Assembly: GCA_037447605.1 (NCBI GenBank)
Contig: CM074815.1
Location: forward strand, 310,001 to 374,000
From: Zygnema circumcarinatum SAG 698-1b
Lineage: Eukaryota; Plantae; Zygnematophyceae
Reading direction: 5' to 3'
DNA length: 64,000 nt
The position numbers were made by a program, and so were the translations under genes. Below are positions 1-12,690 of the stretch, piece by piece (position 1 is the first letter of the stretch; every line of letters starts with the position of its first letter). Below the pieces are notes generated by a model, which saw only the letters and a program-made list of their open reading frames with translations, was not told the DNA's origin and did not search any database.

Positions 1-57
1 AAGTACCGATTCCACGCTCTGCATAGAACGCGCGTTCCATGGAGGCCTGTTAACTCT

Positions 58-2584
58 TAATGAGGGAAAAACTGAAACATGGAACGCGAGATTTTCAAAC
101 ATTTGATAACCAACGAAAGAGCCTGAAAAGCTCATGAGGCTCCACTGGGGAGGAGGGAAGGAGGGAGGGAGGGAGGGAGGGAGGAGAGGAGAGGAGTGAG
201 AGATATGCAGAGAGGAGGGGAGGAGGGAGTAGAGGGAGTAGAGGGAGAGAGGGAGAGAAGAGAGGATGTGAAGCAAGGAGGTGAGAAGAGAGGAGAGAGA
301 GGGGAGTAGAGAGGGCGGAAAGAGATGGAGAGCAGAGGAGAGAAGAGAGAGGAGGGAAGGACGAGAGAGGAGAAAAAGGAGCGAGGAGAGGTAGGGAGGG
401 AGGAGGAGATAGGAGACAGAGAACAGAGAGGGAGGAGAGAGCAGCGAGAGGGAGGAGAGGAGAGAGAGGGAGGTAGGAGAGGAGAGAGGTAGAGGAGGTG
501 ACCTGCAGACATTCCGCTACCGCTTGTGCAGCCTCTCTATGAGCTGAGCAGATTGCCCTTAACTCGGAACGGGAGAGGAGAGAGGCCACGAGGGGAGGGA
601 CCTCCTCTTCTCTCCCACGACCCTGAATCAGAGATAAGACACAAAAAATATTTAAGTAAAGGAAATTTACTATAGAAAAGGAGGGAGGAAAAAGAAGTTT
701 CAATTGCATTTTGAAGTAATATTAAGGTGGGAAAGGTAAGTGGGTAGAGGCCAGAGTGAGTGGGAGAGGGAGGGAGTAAAGAAAGGAGAGGGAGAGGGAG
801 GGAGAGGGTAGGAGGAGGTGGGAGAGGAAGGCAACACCATGGCTGTGAGATTTTTCGCCAAAACTGCGTATGGTGGCGGCCAATTGGGAGCGAGCTGCAA
901 AGCCATATACCCCATTTGTACCCATGAAAAGAAAAAAAGAGCAAAAAAGAATAGTTAGAAGGAGAGAATAGAGGGAGAAGATTTTGAAAGTTTTCTGAAA
1001 TATTCGACCAATGAGAGGCTGTTCTCACCTCGATGGCGCGCCATAAAAATCTTTCTCCGTCTTCCAGCAAACATTTTCGCCCTGCCCGACCGGCGAGCTG
1101 CCCTTTAGGAGCAGTTGCATTGCTGCATTTGCCCGCCTGAAAAGAAAAAAAAAAAAAGAAAAAAAAAGGGGGGGGGAGAAGAGAAAATGGTGCTTTATTC
1201 CCACTTTTCTTTTAAGGCCTACTGAGCATACTCCGCTCTGTATGCTTTCATTGTCTTTCCCTGCACATAAGAATGTGAGAGAGAGGGGAAGGAGTGGGAG
1301 GGAGGGAGGGAGGGAGGGAGGGAGGGAGGGTTTGGGAGGGAGGGAGGGAGGGAGGGAGGGAGGAGGGTTTGGGAGGGAGGGAGGAGGGAGGGAGGGAGGG
1401 AGGGTTTGGGAGGGAGGGAGGGAGGGAGGGAGTGAGGGTTTGGGAGGGAGGGAGGGAGGGGAGGGAGGGAGGGAGGGAGGGAGGAGGGAGGGAGGGAGGG
1501 AGGGAGGGAGGGAGGGAGGGTTTGGGAGGAGGGAGGGAGGAGGGAGGAGGGTTTGGGAGGGAGGAGGGAGGAGGGAGTGAGAGTTTGGGAGGGAGGGAGG
1601 GAGGGAGGGAGGGAGGGAGGGAGGGAGGGAGGGAGGGAGTGAGGGTTTCGGAGGGAGGGAGGGAGGGAGGGCGGGAGGGAGGGAGTGAGAGTTTGGGAGG
1701 GAGGGAGGGAGGCAGGGAGGGAGGCAGGGAGGGAGGGAGGGAGGGAGGGAATGAGGGAGAGAGAGAGAGAGAGAGAGAGACACAGTGAGAGGGAGAGAGA
1801 GAGAGAGAGGCCGCGTCTGTTCACACCTGATAGAAGGCCCAGAAGCTTCTCGGTCGGAGCCCCGCCAATTTCCGCAGTAGAGGAAGAGCCTCATCCCAAC
1901 GCTCCTCTGCGGTTCCATGTGGGAAATAAAATCCGTTCAGTTCAACGTTTCCATGCCCAAACTACCATCAAAACCCAAAACCCAAAACCCAAAACCCAAA
2001 ACCCAAAACCCGAAACCCAAAACCTTGAACCCCAAAAACCTTAAAATTGAAAATTGCTTCCCCACCTTCAAGGAGGTGCCGAGCCCCCGTTTCTAATCTC
2101 CATGCCAAAAGGTCTTTGGGGGCAACGAATGAGCATGGAAAGGGCAGATCTTCCGTTTCCGTTGCAGAAAACGGAGTAACGGAGACATGTGAAGGAGCCC
2201 ATTGTCCCAAAGAGGCCTTCTCCTCCTCCTCCTTCTCCTCCTCCATTCCTTTAATCGGGAGTGTTTTTTCTTTGTAAATCGATGACCGGTTTTTCCACAT
2301 CATATGGAAGAAGTTTGAGCTAGAGAAGAGGGAGCAGAAGGGAATGAAATAGGGGAATGTGAAATAAGGAAAGGGACGTGAGATTCGTAAGAGAAGAGTG
2401 AGAGAGAGAAAGAGAGAGAGAGAGGGAGAGAGAGAGAGGGGAATTTTTGAAGTGATATTTTTGTTGTAAAGATAGGCGCAAAACGAAAACATTCATAATA
2501 AGTATAATATCTAGTGGCTTCGTTTTGGGGATTCAAGATTCGGCCTAACGGATGGAGTGTGGGCGAGAGAAGACGGATGGGAGA

Positions 2585-2639
<55 letters not shown>

Positions 2640-5249
2640 GGGCGAGAGAGGGAGAGAGAAAGAAATAGAAATAGAGAGAGAGAGAAAGAGAGAGAGAGAG
2701 AGGAGGGGAGAGAGAGGGGGTAAAACATACCTCGACGTGGGCACCGGAGGTGAAGGGTCCAATTTGAGAGAAAATAAGATGAAGTTTCCAGAGGTCGGTG
2801 CAGTAATGTTATTTAAATTAAATCCCGTCCAGGGATGCACCAAAACGGCGTCGCCATGTCGAACATTAATCTGCAAAACCCCATTTCTCGAACTAATTTC
2901 ATTTTGGTGCCTGACGAATAGCGAGACGACACGTGTCGAGAAATGGGCACTAAAAAAATGTTCAAGTTCACCTCTAAAGGCGCGGCCGAGGGGACCTCGA
3001 CGGGCAGAGGAAACGTTTTCACGGGCTGCCCGAAAACAGTTTTGCCGGCCCTCAGCCAATCACAGACGAGCCAATGGCTCCGAGGGAACACGCGCAGGCT
3101 CGCTCCACTTCCCTTTGTTGATTCCGTCACTGAAAAAAAAAAAAAAAAAAGAAGAGGGAAAACAAAAAAGGGAAACTGCAAACAGATTTTAACCTAATAA
3201 CAAGTGAGAGAGGGATGATGAGCTTCCCCTCTTATACTCGTCGCCCTCTCTCTCTCCGTCCTCTCTCCCTTCCCTCTCACACTCCCCACTCTCCCTCTAC
3301 ACTTCCTTACCCTACTTGCCGCTCTCCCTCCCCTCCCTCTCCCTTCCTCTGTTTCTCCGCTCTCCCTCCACTCCTTCCCCTCCCCCTCTCTCTCCCCTCT
3401 CACTCTCTCCGCTCTCCCTCCCCTCCCTCTCTCTTCCCTCCCACTCAGTCTCTCCACTCCCCCTCCACTCCTTCCCCCTCCCTCTCTCTCCCCTCTCTCT
3501 CACTCTCTCCGCTCTCCCTCCTCTCCCTCTCCCTCTCCCACACCTTACCCACCCGGAACGATGAGAACCGCCGTCTCTTGTCGCGTAGTAAAATGGACCT
3601 CTTCTCCCGAATGCAAACTTCCAAACTGCACCAAAAGAAAAGAAATCAAACAACAAAACCATTCACAAGAAGCAGAATTTTCCTCCTATTTCTTCTCCCA
3701 GAAAATCTAAAACCCTAGCGCCCTTGTGCTGTAAGAAAAACCCTTAAACCCTATTTAGGGTTAGCCTCGGCCCTTGCCCTTGCGGTCGCACGTGCGACGT
3801 CGCCGGACAGTCGCAGGGCGTGTGCGACGTCGCCCGCGTCCCCTTGAGTCGCGCAGAGGCGAAAATTTGAATTTGAATTTTAATTTTAAGGACGGAACTT
3901 ACTATTTACTCACCTTTTTTGGCTAGATACAGACCTTAAAAAAAAAAAAATCCCAAAACCCTAAAAACCCTAAAGTAGTAAAATTTGACCGGCGAAAAAA
4001 GGTGTGAATCTAGCCAAAAAAGGTGTGTAAATAGACCCTAAGTTTAAGGACACGTAGTAAAACTTTTGAAGGGTCAGGTTTCAGGTTTAGAATTTTGGGC
4101 TGATTAATCTTTAGAGCTCTTCAGAAGGTTTAGGGATACAACTGTAATATTAATATAATGTTTAATCTAATAACGCATCGTACCCTATCAGCCTTCAACG
4201 CTCGTCAAAACCTAAAAACCCTAAATCCTAAACCGCGGGTTTTTTTTTTTTTGACTTGGACCTGCAAAGGGGCGTCAGAGGAGGGTGTCTCTTCACCTTC
4301 TACCATGCAGATTCTGCCCGGAAAAAAATTCTCGGGCAGCTGCGGCAAAATTCCGCGATCAAGTGTTTGTGAAAAACTCATCATCGCCCCCTTGTCTCCA
4401 AACAACTCTCAAACGCTAAAAACTCCCAAAACCCTAACCCTAAAATCACAAAAAATTACTCTAAAAACCCTAAAAGCAGTCTTTTAACTCACTTTGTAGC
4501 CCTATGATTCCCACACAAAATCTGACCCCTGGACCAAAAACCCTAAAAACCCTAAAAACCCTAAAAACCCTAAAAACCCACATTTCTCCCATATATATAT
4601 TTCTCTCTGTTTCACCAAAAGGCGGGTAGGTTCAATGTACCTGCCAGGTGTCAGCTTTGGACGGGTCTGCCAGATGCACCCATCTGTCCAAGCCGCCACG
4701 TGTCGACTTCTGATTGGAGAACTGAATAAATTCGACATGTAAAGCAATTTCTTGGCCGAATGTTTCCCCCAAAATTTCGTTTAATCGCAATTCTAAATTC
4801 TTGAATTTCTCATCTCTCTCCAGGAGTGTCACGTCACGTCCTGTCACGTCACATTTTTTTGAGAAGCTTCCAGGAAGTTCACAGTCTTTCAAAAGGTCCT
4901 TCAAGAGAAGAAAACCTTCTCTATGAAGATCATTTTGCCACGTGGCAGCATGGGATAGGTCGGAAGTAGTCTGAATGGCAGCAGCAGTCCTCTGGTTTCT
5001 AACCCTAAAATGTTCATTTTTTGCATTGCGTGAAAACTTGGAACTGAAAACCGTTGAACGGAAGCATAGACATGGATCGACCCGTGACGTGACATGCAAG
5101 GAAGGAGGTTTTGGCTTCCAGCTTTGGGGGTTTAGGGTTTTGGGGGAAGCTTCTGGGAAGGTACATGGGGTCTGAAGGCCAAAAAGTTGAACCCCAGTTT
5201 TGGAGACTGCGGGGAGGAAAGGGGAAACTGACTGGCGGAGATGTTCCAT
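58..5249 (-). CDS. Multi-exon gene for an unknown protein with C-terminal TPR-like helices; N-terminal part weakly PhyH/2OG-dioxygenase-like
   Basis: Non-repetitive exon islands between repeat-filled introns: about 4650-5000 ([17 protein letters not shown]...[17 protein letters not shown]), 4260-4380, 3550-3640, 2727-2870 ([21 protein letters not shown]), 2060-2260, 1815-1900 ([26 protein letters not shown]), 1028-1138 ([16 protein letters not shown]), about 503-570 ([14 protein letters not shown]) and a last exon [21 protein letters not shown] (stop 58-60). Several exons have clear AG/GT ends, but not all phases could be resolved. Confidence 0.5.
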
Positions 5250-5264
5250 GTGTGATTAGTTCCG

Positions 5265-6782
5265 TTAAACTGGAACACGTAACGGCTTTTCTTCCTGTTT
5301 TTTCTTCAGGTTTTTCGCAGTATTCAAAGTTTCCAGCTGCCCTAAAAGCCCCTTCTTTTGTCCCTCGTTGATGGCGTGCATATGAGGATCGCTGTAAACC
5401 TCTCTCAAGTGCTCAGCCTGCACATGTGACAGTTTCAGTTTACAGTTAAACTGAGCAATATGCTCAAGATGGAATCATGAATCCTCGGTTAAGAGTGATT
5501 GAGAGAGTTATCTGTTCGTGTGAATTTGAGGGAGAGAGGGAAAGGGGCGAGAAGGCGGAGGGGAGAGAGAGGAAGAGGAGAGGGGAGGGAAGGGAATGGG
5601 AAGGAGAGGCAGGTGATAATACTAGAAGGAGGGGGAGAGGGAGAGAGAGTGGGAGGAAGAGATAGAAAGAGGAAGCGAGAGACGAATGAAAGAATTGGGA
5701 GGTGAGAATGAGAGTGAGGGAGAGAGAGAAAGCGAGAAAGATTCCTCTAATGAAATCAAAGCCATCTCAAGTTCACATCCAAAGTAAAGGCCGAACTGAG
5801 TTACAAAATTGACACACCTGCACTGTAAGATTTTCCAATTGGGTTTCGCCAAACTCCACCAGAAACTTTATCTGCAAACACGCGAGGGCCATGTAAAAAG
5901 CTTGCTCAGAAAACTTGAAAAACGTTTCTCAAAAAAGAGAAGGAGAAGGTGAGAAAGGGAGAGACTTGGGGAGAAACGAGTGAGGGGGAGAGGGTAAAGC
6001 GGAGAAAGTGAGAGAGAGGAAAGGGAGAAGGAGAGAGGAAGAATAAGAGTTCAAGCAAATGCTTTTAGTGAACATCGCATACATACATACAATGCAGTAC
6101 ACTACAAACAAAAAAATAAAAAAAAATAAGTCACTACATATATACGCTCATTACCACATACCCTGTCTGTGTCTGCTTCCGCCCTATGAGCTTCAAACTC
6201 CACTCGAGCCTTCTTCCTGCAATCGTCACAACACAAGTATAGGAAGCTGCATCAAGACAGAAGATCAAGACGGAAATATAGATACATATATATAGATGCA
6301 GCGGCCAACTATAGCAGGTTCTGCATCGAATAGGAAATTAGTCATCACTTTTACGTGGGTAACTCAAGTCAAATTTCAGTTTTCTTCCTTCGACTGTTGC
6401 TTCTTCTGACAATATGAAGCGAAGGAAACCATGGCAGAAGCTGCTTACCGAATGTAGTCACACCGGTTGGCAGTGGGCATGCGCGCCGCCTCCTGCTCAG
6501 CCGACATGCAATGCAATTAAGGGCTCTGAGAGAGAGGAGGGAACTGGAACAAGCACAATTGAAAAACAACAATGCGATGAAATGCAAACCCTAAAAGTAG
6601 AATGTAATCCTGAAAGCTCGAAGTTCACATAAATCCTAAATCCTGAACGCTAGATGTTCCACATACCCCAAGTCCTGAACCCTAGATGTTCCATATACCC
6701 CAAGTCCTGAACCCTAAAATGAGGAACATACCCGCCAGAGTGAGCGATAAAGGCGGAGGGCGCGGCGTGGGAGGTCGCTCAT
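5265..6782 (-). CDS. LYR-motif (Complex1_LYR family) protein, about 118 aa, 5 coding exons
   Basis: Phase-consistent GT-AG exons: MSDLPRRALRLYRSLWR | EAARMPTANRCDYIR | KKARVEFEAHRAEADTDR | IKFLVEFGETQLENLTVQ | AEHLREVYSDPH...PLRVPV*. The LYR tripeptide and downstream F (EF) match the family pattern. Confidence 0.8.
6641..6716 (+). repeat. 32-bp tandem repeat, about 2.4 copies, in LYR intron 1
   Basis: tcctgaac(g/c)ctagatgttcca(c/t)ataccccaag at 6641 and 6673, plus a partial third copy. Confidence 0.85.
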
Positions 6783-7618
6783 GTCCTGCGAAAACCCTAA
6801 ATCTCTGAACCCTGAGTCACTTTCAAGCCCTAATTTCTGAACCCTAAACCCTGTAAACACAAAAATTCTAATCGTGAAAGCTTACGACTGTGGAACGCCT
6901 GAACCCTAAAAATCCTAACCCTAAATCCCGGCGCTTAAACCCTAAACCCTGCACCGAAGTGCGCTGCATCCGCCTCACAGCGGCGCGGAGTCTCCGTCCC
7001 AGATTGGGGTTCAGGGCCCCGGAAGCAAGATTTCACATTCAACTTTATCGAGGTTAGGGTTCAGAGTCTTTACGGGTTATTTTGGGAGCGGGATTTGAGG
7101 GTTTAGGGTTCAGGCCCGTGGGGGTGTGAGGGTCTACGGCTTCGTTTTTAGGGTCAGGGTTAGGATGGGGCTGTGCTGCCGAGAGGGCGGGATACCTTGA
7201 ATCACGCCAGGTGTTGGAAACACTAAATTTGTGACAACATAAGGGAGAGAGTGCGAGAGGGAAGGGGAGAGAGAGAGAGAGAGAGGAGGAGAGAGAAGGG
7301 GACTGGCAGAGAGAGAAAGGGAGAGAGAAGGGGAAAGGGGGAGAGAGTGAGGGAGACAGAGAAAGGGAAGGGCAGAGGGTGAGAAAGGGGGGAGACAGTG
7401 GGGGAAAGAGTGAGAGAGAAGTTGAGAGAGGGAGAGAGAAGGGGAGAGAGAGAGCGAGAGAGAGTGAAGGGAAGAGAGGAGAGAAGGAGAGAGAGAAAAG
7501 GGGAGAAAAGGGGAGGGAGGAGGGGGAGAGGGAGAAGGAATAGGGGAGGGAGGAGAGAGAGAAAGAGAGGGAGAGATAGGGAGAGTGAGGGGGAGAAGAA
7601 GAACGAGAGCCACCCAAA

Positions 7619-10600
7619 ATGAGTCCTCCCACAGCAGCTGTGGGCAGCACCCCTCTCTCTCCCTCCTTCTCTCTCACCGACGATGACGACGAGCTCGCCA
7701 TGGATGACCCCTCCCCTTCCCCCTCTGCCCCCATGCATGCCCATGCCCATGCCCATGCCCCTTATCACGACCCATCCCCCGACCCCATGACTCATCGCTT
7801 TGCCGATGATGATGATGATGATGATGTTGATGGTAACAAGGACGATGATGACAATGACCCCACCATGCCCATGCCATGGCATGAGAGGCTATGGCATGCC
7901 ATGTTCTCCGATGGCGTGAAGCCATGGCATGTGAATGCTGTGCTTGTCTTCGCCATTCTTTCGGTCTCCTCCGCGGGAGCAGTAATGAAGGCAATGGACC
8001 ATGCGGCTCCCTTAAGCAGAGCGAGCTGGAGACTGCAAGTCACTTCTATGATTCTTCTTCCCGGATTTTTGTGGCAATGGAGGAGGGCGGAGAAGGATGT
8101 GAGGGAGGATTTTTTGGAGAGTCGAACAGTTGTGCTTTTGCTTACGAGCGGAGTGGCCCTCGCTTTCCATTTCGGGCTTTGGGTGAGTGAAATTTGCTTT
8201 CACGTCCGAAAGGCTTTTTTTTCTAATGTACTTTTGTGTGTTTTTTAGAGGAGGATGTGAATTAGTAGGAACAGGAATTTGGGCTAAGGAGGGAAAGTAG
8301 GCTAGGATTAAATTAACTCTGATATCCGGTCCGTTTTTTTTGCTCACTCCATTTAACTCCTCTCTCCCACTCTCCCTCACGTTGCCCTATCATCCACCCT
8401 CCTCCAACCTAACCGTTATCCATTATCCGCCCTCCTCCCCTCCCCTCTCCCCCCCTCCCACTCCGTCCTTTCTTCTCTCCCTTCCCCCCTCCTCCCCTCC
8501 CTCCCATTTCCCCTCCCTCTCCCCACCTCCCCCGTTCCCTCCCTCCCTCCCTTCCTCCCCACCTCTCTCCCCCCCTCGCTCCCCCTCCCTCCCCCACTCC
8601 CCCGTCCCTCCTTTCCTCCCTCCCTTCCCCTCTCCCTCTCCCTCTCTCCCTTCTTCCCTCCCTCTCTCCCTCCCCGCCTCCCTCTCCCCCTCTCTCCCCT
8701 CCAACCTCCCCCCTCCCCCCTCCCCCCCTCCCTCTTCCACTTCCACTCCCACTCCCTCCCTCCCTCCCTCCCTCCCTCCCTCCCTCCCTCCTTTCCTCCC
8801 TCCCTTCCCTCCCTCCCTCCCTCCCTCCCTCCCTCCCTCCCTCCCTCCTCCCTCCCTCCCTCCCTCCCTCCCTCCCTCCCTCCCTCCCTCCCTCCCTCCC
8901 TCCCTCCCTCCCTCCCTCCCTCCCTCCCTCCCTCCTCCCTCCCTCCCTCCTCCCTCCTTTCCTCCTCCCTCCCTCCCTCCCTCCCTCCCTCCCTCCCTCC
9001 CTCCCTCCTCCCTCCTCCCTCCCTCCCTCCCTCCCTCCCTCCTCCTCCCTCCCTCCCTCCCTCCCTCCCTCCCTCCCTCCCTCCCTCCCTCCTCCCTCCC
9101 TCCTCCTCCCTCACTCCCTCCCTCCCTCCTCCCTCCCTCCCTCCCCCTCTCCCCAGGTGTACTCCCTCGACCTCACGAGCCTCCCCCACTCCCTCCTCTT
9201 CGTGTGCACTCCTCCCCTCATCCTCACCGTTGCTGCCCTCCTTAGAGGGGACTCTCTCTCTCCCGGAGAGATCGGAGGGTTGGGAGTGGGAGCTTTGGGA
9301 GCTCTCGCCATGGCGGGAGGGAGCGCTATGGGGGGGGGGAAGGTAGAGCATGATGCCTCCATTGTTGGGGACTTAAGCGCTTTTTTGGCGGCGGGAGCAT
9401 TCGCAGCATACATCAGCATAGGGGCACACCTTCGAGGTATGTATCGAAAAATCTAAAATCTCTTGTTCTTTATCTGTTTGATTTCAATGAATATTTCAGC
9501 TTGAAAATCTTGTATGGTGCTTTACATCCGCTAGAAATCCTAACTTTGTCAGAAAAAAGTCATAAAGTCACACTGAAATCCCGATTCCCGCCTTCCACAC
9601 TTGTTAGACGTGAAAACTCACATCCCCTCAAGTCCTAAGTTTCCAAAAAACTTCTGATGAAGTAAAAACCAACCAGCAATTGGCTAGAAGCTGCTTGCTT
9701 TCTGGGGTTCAGGTTTTTGCCTTGTTTCTGACTTTTAGGGTTTAGGGTTTTGCCTGATCTCTAAAGTTGAGTCCTAAGTTTCCAAAAAAACTCCTGATGA
9801 AGTAAAAACCAACCAGCAATTGGCTACAATTTGCCTGGTTTCTGGTTTTCAGGTTTTTGCCTTGTTTCTGACTTTTAGGGTTTAGGGTTTTTCCCTGATT
9901 TCTAGGGTTGAGGGTTCAGAGTGGATGCCCCTCTTCCTGTACGTCCTCCCCGTGACTGCCTCCGCCGCCTCTCTCCTCCTCCTCGCGGCGCTGCTCGCGG
10001 AGGGATGGCAGACCGCGCCGGAGGGACGAATCAGCGGCCCCTTCGGATGGATGGGGGGAGGTGGGTCAAGGGTTAGGGTTTAGGGTTTAAGGGTTTAGGG
10101 ATGAGGGGTGAGGGTTTAGGGTTAGGGTTTAGAGTTAGGGTTTAGGGTTAGGGTTGTAGGGTTTAGGGTTTAGGGTTTAGGGATGAGGGGAGAGGGTTTT
10201 AGGGTTTAGGGTTTAGGCTTTTAGGGTTGAGGGTTTAGGGTTTAGGGTTTAGGGTTTAGAGTTTAGGGTTTAGGGGTTAGGGATGAGGGGTGAGGGTTTA
10301 GGGTTTAGGATTTAGGGCTTGGGGTTAAGGGGTTAGGGATGAAGGGTGAGGGTTTAGGGTTTAGGGGTTAGGGATGCGGGGTGAGGGTTTAGGGTTTAGG
10401 GCGTAGGGTTTTAGGGTTTAGGGGTTAGGGATGAAGGGTGAGGGTTTAGGGTTAATGTTTTTCAGGGCTTTTGAGCGCTGGGAGAGAGGGTGGAAAGATT
10501 AGGAGTGGGTGCGATGCATGTGTTGCAGACAACAAGAGAGAAGGAGAGCACGAGAGCGAGAGAGAGAGAGAGAGGTAGTAGAGAGGGAGGCAGAGAGAGT

Positions 10601-10939
10601 GCGGGTCCCCGCGGGTTGCAAGAGTTGCGACTTTTTTCCTTTTCCTTTTGCCCCCCTTTTCTGTTTCATTTTTTTCATCCTTTTTCATCTTTTTCCATCT
10701 TATTTCTTTCCTCTTTTCGTCTTCCCTTTGCGGGGGGGGCGGGCAGAGTTTTTCCTCCCCACTCTGTACCTGGCCCTGTTTTCGGGCGTGGGGGGCCACG
10801 CGGGCCTCGCCTTCGCCGCGCGGTACACTTCGCCGCTCGCCCTTGTGATGGCGCTCACAGTGGAGCCGCTGCTCGGCTCGCTGCTGGGGAGGGCGCTCGG
10901 GGTATCGGGGGCCCCGGGGTACTCTCGCTCTCTCTCTCT

Positions 10940-11036
<97 letters not shown>

Positions 11037-11261
11037 CTCGCTCTCGCTCTCGCTCTCGCTCTCGCTCTCGCTCTCGCTCTCGCTCTCGCTCTCCCTCTCG
11101 CTCTCCCTCTCGCTCTCGCTCTCGCTCTCGCTCTCGCTCTCGCTCTCGCTCTCGCTCTCGCTCTCGCTCTCTCTCTCTCTCGCTCTCGCTCTCGCTCTCG
11201 CTCTCGCTCTCGCTCTCGCTCTCGCTCTCGCTCTCGCTCTCGCTCTCGCTCTCGCTCTCTC

Positions 11262-11308
<47 letters not shown>

Positions 11309-11398
11309 CTCTCTCTCGCTCTCGCTCTCGCTCTCGCTCTCTATATCTCTGTCGCTCTCGCTCTCGCTCTCCCTCGCTTTTTCTCTCGCTCTCTCTCG

Positions 11399-11478
<80 letters not shown>

Positions 11479-12218
11479 CTCGCTCTCTCTCTCTCTCTCG
11501 CTCTCGCTCTCGCTCTCGCTCTCTCTCTCTCTCTCTCTCGCTCTCTCTCGCTNNNNNNNNNNNNNNNNNNNNNNNNNNNNNNNNNNNNNNNNNNNNNNNN
11601 NNNNNNNNNNNNNNNNNNNNNNNNNNNNNNNNNNNNNNNNNNNNNNNNNNNNAAAACTTTTCAAACCCTAAAAAAGTCTAGAATCCTTATTAATCCCCAA
11701 ACCTTAAACCCTAACCCTAAACCTTAAACCCTAAACCGTAAGCCCTAAAACCTTAACCCTAACCCTAAACCCTAACCCTGAATACTTACCCTAAACCCTA
11801 AACCCTAGACCCTAAACCTTATCCCTAAGCCCTAAACCCTAAATCCCAAACCCTATACCCTAACCCTAAACCCTAACCCTAAACCCTAATCCTAAACCCT
11901 GAACCCTAACCCTAAACCCTAAAACCTAAACCCTAAACAACATGACACGAAACAAACAACAAGACAGACCCTGCGCTCTCGGGTTTCGGAAAGGAAATAA
12001 GAGTTCCTTCATCTAGGTTTCTCTCCAAATTTTTTTTTTTTTTTTTTTTCCTAAAGGAGGGAGGTGGCGTCCGAATGTCTCTCTTCACTTTGGACGATGA
12101 CGACGATTGGGATGCATCCTCAGCCGTCGATGTGGAGGGCCTCACCGGGACGCCCAAAAAAGGGAAAAAAAAAACGGAAAATTCGACTGGAACTGAACGG
12201 TCGAGATTGCTCCATTAG
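7619..12218 (+). CDS. EamA/DMT-superfamily membrane transporter with an acidic/His-rich N-terminal extension; one exon probably lost in an N gap
   Basis: Exon 1 ...[17 protein letters not shown]...[11 protein letters not shown] (donor about 8183); exon 2 from 9157 [20 protein letters not shown]...[23 protein letters not shown]; exon 3 about 9920 [11 protein letters not shown]...; exon 4 about 10747 [41 protein letters not shown]. These match the two EamA halves. The last TM helix is not visible (gap near 11553-11652), so the 3' end is tentative. Confidence 0.75.
9631..9910 (+). repeat. About 139-bp tandem duplication in EamA intron 2
   Basis: agtcctaagtttccaaaaaa...tgatgaagtaaaaaccaaccagcaattggct...ttttagggtttaggg occurs at 9631 and again at 9770. 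Confidence 0.85.
10070..10452 (+). repeat. Intronic telomere-like (TTTAGGG-degenerate) array
   Basis: Dozens of ggtttaggg/ggttaggg units interspersed with ggatgaggggtgagg. Confidence 0.9.
10925..11552 (+). repeat. Compound (CT)n/(CGCTCT)n microsatellite ending at an N gap
   Basis: Directly visible; it produces the spurious SL/RS/AL-repeat ORFs in the track. Confidence 0.95.
11665..11936 (-). repeat. Telomere-like (CCCTAAA-degenerate) array
   Basis: Repeated aaccctaa/aaaccctaa units. Confidence 0.9.
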
Positions 12219-12469
12219 TGGCTCGGATCTGAGAAACCCTAAAATTTGGTGGCTCAATAAGCGGGAGTTTGAAAACATGGGGGCGCAAATGTAAATAATA
12301 AAAGGAGAGGATCAATGTTGAAGGTCTGACGGGACCGTCTATTGGACCCCCTTTAAAGTCGCCATAGGTCAGTCAGTAGGGCTTTTAGGGTTTCAGGATT
12401 TTCAACGTAAAGCTTGGTTTCAGAGTTTTTTTGTGGGAGGAGCGCTGGAAAGGCCTGAGAGCCATGTGC

Positions 12470-12690
12470 AGCATGTGACTACATGTATGTCCATACATAA
12501 ATGCATGCAGCATACATACATCCATACATCCATACAGAAATACATACATACAGACATACATACAAACATGGACAAACATGCATGCAGCATTACATCCATA
12601 CATACATACATACAGACATACATACATGCATGCATAGCCATGCAAGCACATGGGTACACATCATATGGCAGACACATGCATGCATGCATA
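12470..12690 (+). repeat. (CATA)n/CATG-rich simple repeat
   Basis: catacatacatc/catgcatg runs. Confidence 0.8.

Noticed and set aside
4632-6782. Single LYR-TPR fusion gene
   Set aside because: The last LYR exon runs to an in-frame TAA, and I found no convincing donor that would bypass it; not fully excluded without cDNA.
10490-11681. Apparent SR-type (RS-repeat) protein
   Set aside because: The RS/AL repeats are frames of an intronic (CGCTCT)n microsatellite in the EamA gene; there is no RRM.
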